A stretch of 64,000 nucleotides of DNA, from the NCBI RefSeq assembly GCF_021869535.1, contig NW_026262701.1, positions 110,484,001 through 110,548,000 on the forward strand, in the 5' to 3' direction. Positions 61,201 to 64,000 of this stretch are shown here, piece after piece. Both the position numbers and the translations under genes were made by a program. Every line of letters begins with the position of its first letter. Position 1 is the stretch's first letter. The notes under the pieces were generated by a model. It was not told the origin of the DNA, did not search any database, and was given only the letters and a program-made list of their open reading frames with translations. This DNA comes from Mytilus californianus. Its lineage: Eukaryota.

Positions 61201-62721
61201 GTATGTAATGACCAAACGTTTTATTTCCATGCTCAAAAGTTTGAATTAGTACATTGACTCTTGTATATTTACAAGTGAGGACCAGGGCTTCCAAAATGGT
61301 CGTATTGTCCGGATTTGACCGATAAATTATGATAATGACTTGTTGTGTCGAACCTGATACGGACATTTAATGTGGGTTTGCCATTTTCACATTATTCAGA
61401 AAAAATTGAAGTATTTGCGATCTTTTTGACCTGACATTTTGCCTTAAACAGCAACATTTCCGGTCATAAAAGTGACATGGTGAATAAGTACTATCAAAAC
61501 AAATTCTACTTTAATAACTTCTCATTACAATCAAGGTTAATTAGTTGTCTGACAGTTGAAATTTACCTGTTCAGATGACAGGTAAACTAATATTTACTGG
61601 ACATTGATAGGTCTGTTTAAAATTATTTTCATAAATTTCAGCAGTTTGCATCTAATTAATTAAGTCAAAAGATTCAGATTATCAAAAATACATATAAAAA
61701 TATGATTTGATGAAAAATTTAAAAAGGAAGTTATAAAGTTTTTAGCGAAAAATCGTCAAAACGTTCCAGTACACATGTGCGCAGGTGTGAGATTTAATTA
61801 TGCATCAGAATTCTTCAAAAATGCGAAAATTATCATTGATACCTTTGTCTAACATTCATTTCAAGTATTTTCTTGAAGAAATAACCTGGAAAGAATTACT
61901 TAAACCCAATTGTGCTTTGTAAACGTACAGATTTTAGGTATCCGTCTCTGGTCTGTGTTTTACCATTGTCAAGTCAACATCCGGTATAAGAAAATGTGCC
62001 TTCTAAAAAAAAATTAAGTTTTTGTCAATGTAATTTTGCACAAATAAAGATTCCAAGGTAGATATTAGTATGCTAATGTTGCACACTTTGAATGATGCAC
62101 TGTCAATTTAACAGTTTACGTCAGTACATCAAATTTGTATCAAAAGTTAAGTTTAATGTCGTTTTTATGTCAATCATTGTTTATATGATGCCCAACTGAT
62201 TACCATGATTGCTTTTATTACTAAGTCTTAAAGGATTAAAATCGGGATAAGACAAAAAATGTCCAGCTGGCATAAATATTTTTTGGAAGTTCTGGTGGGG
62301 ACATATATGTCACATGGGCACATTCTTCTATTGGTATTTCAATAAATAATACACAAGCTCCTAGCACATAAATTGACCAAATATAGAATAAGGAGATGTG
62401 GTATGATTGCCAATATAACAACTATCCACTCCTAGGTCGATACTTTGTGTCTTTTGTCATTATGTAAGTTGTTTTCTGTGCTTAATTAGCACCAAGCTTA
62501 TGAGTCTAGCCACTTTTCAACTGATTTTACAGTTTGATCTGTTAAAACACTGTCTCAGATTAAGGGAGGATTGAGTGTTCACTAACATGTTCAACCCTAT
62601 AGTACTACATGCACTATTATAGTCTACAAATGTATACGATTTTTCAAGAAAAGATATGTATACAAAAAAAAATTCCATCATATCCTGCATAACTATACCT
62701 TGACTACAATTTATGTTTCAG

Positions 62722-62859
62722 CAAATAGCTGACCTTATAGGAGCTGATCCAAGGGAAGTAATTTTCACAAGTGGTGCAACAGAATCAAATAACATAGCTG
62801 TTAAAGGAACGGCTAGATTTTATAAGTCAAAGAAAAACCATGTTATAACAACACAAACT
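62722..62859 (+). CDS. NFS1: NFS1 exon 4 (gene continues beyond the window)
   Basis: tgtttcAG / GTAAGT; [46 protein letters not shown]. Confidence 0.95.
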
Positions 62860-63437
62860 GTAAGTTACCATTTATAATTCATAGCACATGTTTGGAGAAT
62901 GCAAAGCTCATTGAATTTTACTGTAAAGGACACAAACAATAACTTCTGAGGATTACAGAGGGGGTTGCAGTTGGGTTAATTGCTGCCTCTATGTAATAAT
63001 CAGCTGTTCCAGTGAACATAGAAATTATCTGTCCTTCTATGGGTCCACATAAAACATCTCAGATCCTGTCAAAATATTGTTATTGTTAATGTTTTCTTGG
63101 CCTAATTAAGCATGAAAAGTATGTTAAATTATCAACAGTTAATCACCTTCTTATTGTTATAAACATTAAAATAAGAATAGAATTATTTCATGAATTCATA
63201 TTGATCATGCATGTATTTTCATGATTCTTTGCTGAAAAAATGAAAAATATGGGAAAATAATTTCTTGCTTATTCAAAGTTTGTTTAGAGATTCAATAATA
63301 TGACCCTCCTCAAATGACAGGAATTCTTAAACAGAGAGAAATCAAACACAGGATGCATTTGTTCATTGATAAGACCAACTAAAATTAATCAGTAGATTTT
63401 TATCCAAATGTTTGAAAAAAATGGGCAGGTGGGTGGA

Positions 63438-64000
63438 ATTTTATGCCCCTGCCGTAGCGGATGGGGCATTAAATTTTACCCTTGTCCATATGTACGTATG
63501 TATGTATGTCCCAAAGTTGGTTTCCGTTCTCTTACTTTAGTTTGCCTCATATAAATTTTATGAAACTTATACACAATGCTTATTACCACAAAATACAGAT
63601 CAAGTTTGAATTTTGGTGGTGTCACTTTTACTGTTCTAGAGTTATGCCCCTTTACAAATGAAAAATTGCTGAATTTTTAGTTTCCGTTCTCTAACTTAAG
63701 TTAGCCTCAACCAAATTTTATGAAACTTATACACAATGCTTATTACCACAAAATACAGATCAAGTTTGAATTTTGGTGGTGTCACTTTAACCGTTCTAGA
63801 GTTATGCCCTTTACAAATGGAAAAATTGCTGAATTTTCCGTTTCTGTTCTCTAACTTAAGTTAGCCTCAACCAAATGTTATGAAACTTATACACAATGCT
63901 TATTACCACAAAATACAGATCAAGTTTGAATTTTGGTGGTGTCACTTTAACCATTCTAGAGTTATGCCCTTTACAAATGGAAAAATTGCTGAATTTTCCG
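63438..64000 (+). mobile_element. DINE-1/HINE-like element 5' end with microsatellite and 160-bp core repeats (runs off window)
   Basis: Hairpin atgcccctgccgtagcggatggggcat, then (GTAT)n, then units starting at 63561, 63721 and 63881. Confidence 0.75.

Overview
Eukaryotic, AT-rich, repeat-dense genomic DNA, very probably from a mytilid bivalve (Mytilus-like; inferred from repeat families I recognise, not from a database search). No prokaryotic genes or CRISPR arrays. Host genes: (i) an 8-exon minus-strand gene (31488-18171, 398 aa) that I assembled by hand from splice sites, encoding a death-effector domain (DED), a putative TRADD-N-like domain, a coiled coil with an internally duplicated exon, and a C-terminal hydrophobic tail anchor; (ii) the first two exons of a tandem paralog (6336-4875); (iii) a pyruvate dehydrogenase phosphatase with an uninterrupted CDS (48004-49518, minus); and (iv) the first four coding exons of mitochondrial cysteine desulfurase NFS1 (51863-62859, plus), head-to-head with PDP. 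The rest is nested mobile DNA: Penelope-like retroelements (Naiad-type and canonical), an RTE-like LINE, a decayed Gypsy pol, hammerhead-ribozyme retrozyme-like repeats, and DINE-1/HINE-like elements carrying tandem arrays. There are also many non-autonomous TIR elements with readable target-site duplications, including a 2.5-kb element with CACTGTG termini and a perfect 5-bp TSD (Transib/RAG-like signature), and a 5-kb 50-54-bp minisatellite. Most short ORFs in the supplied track are spurious.
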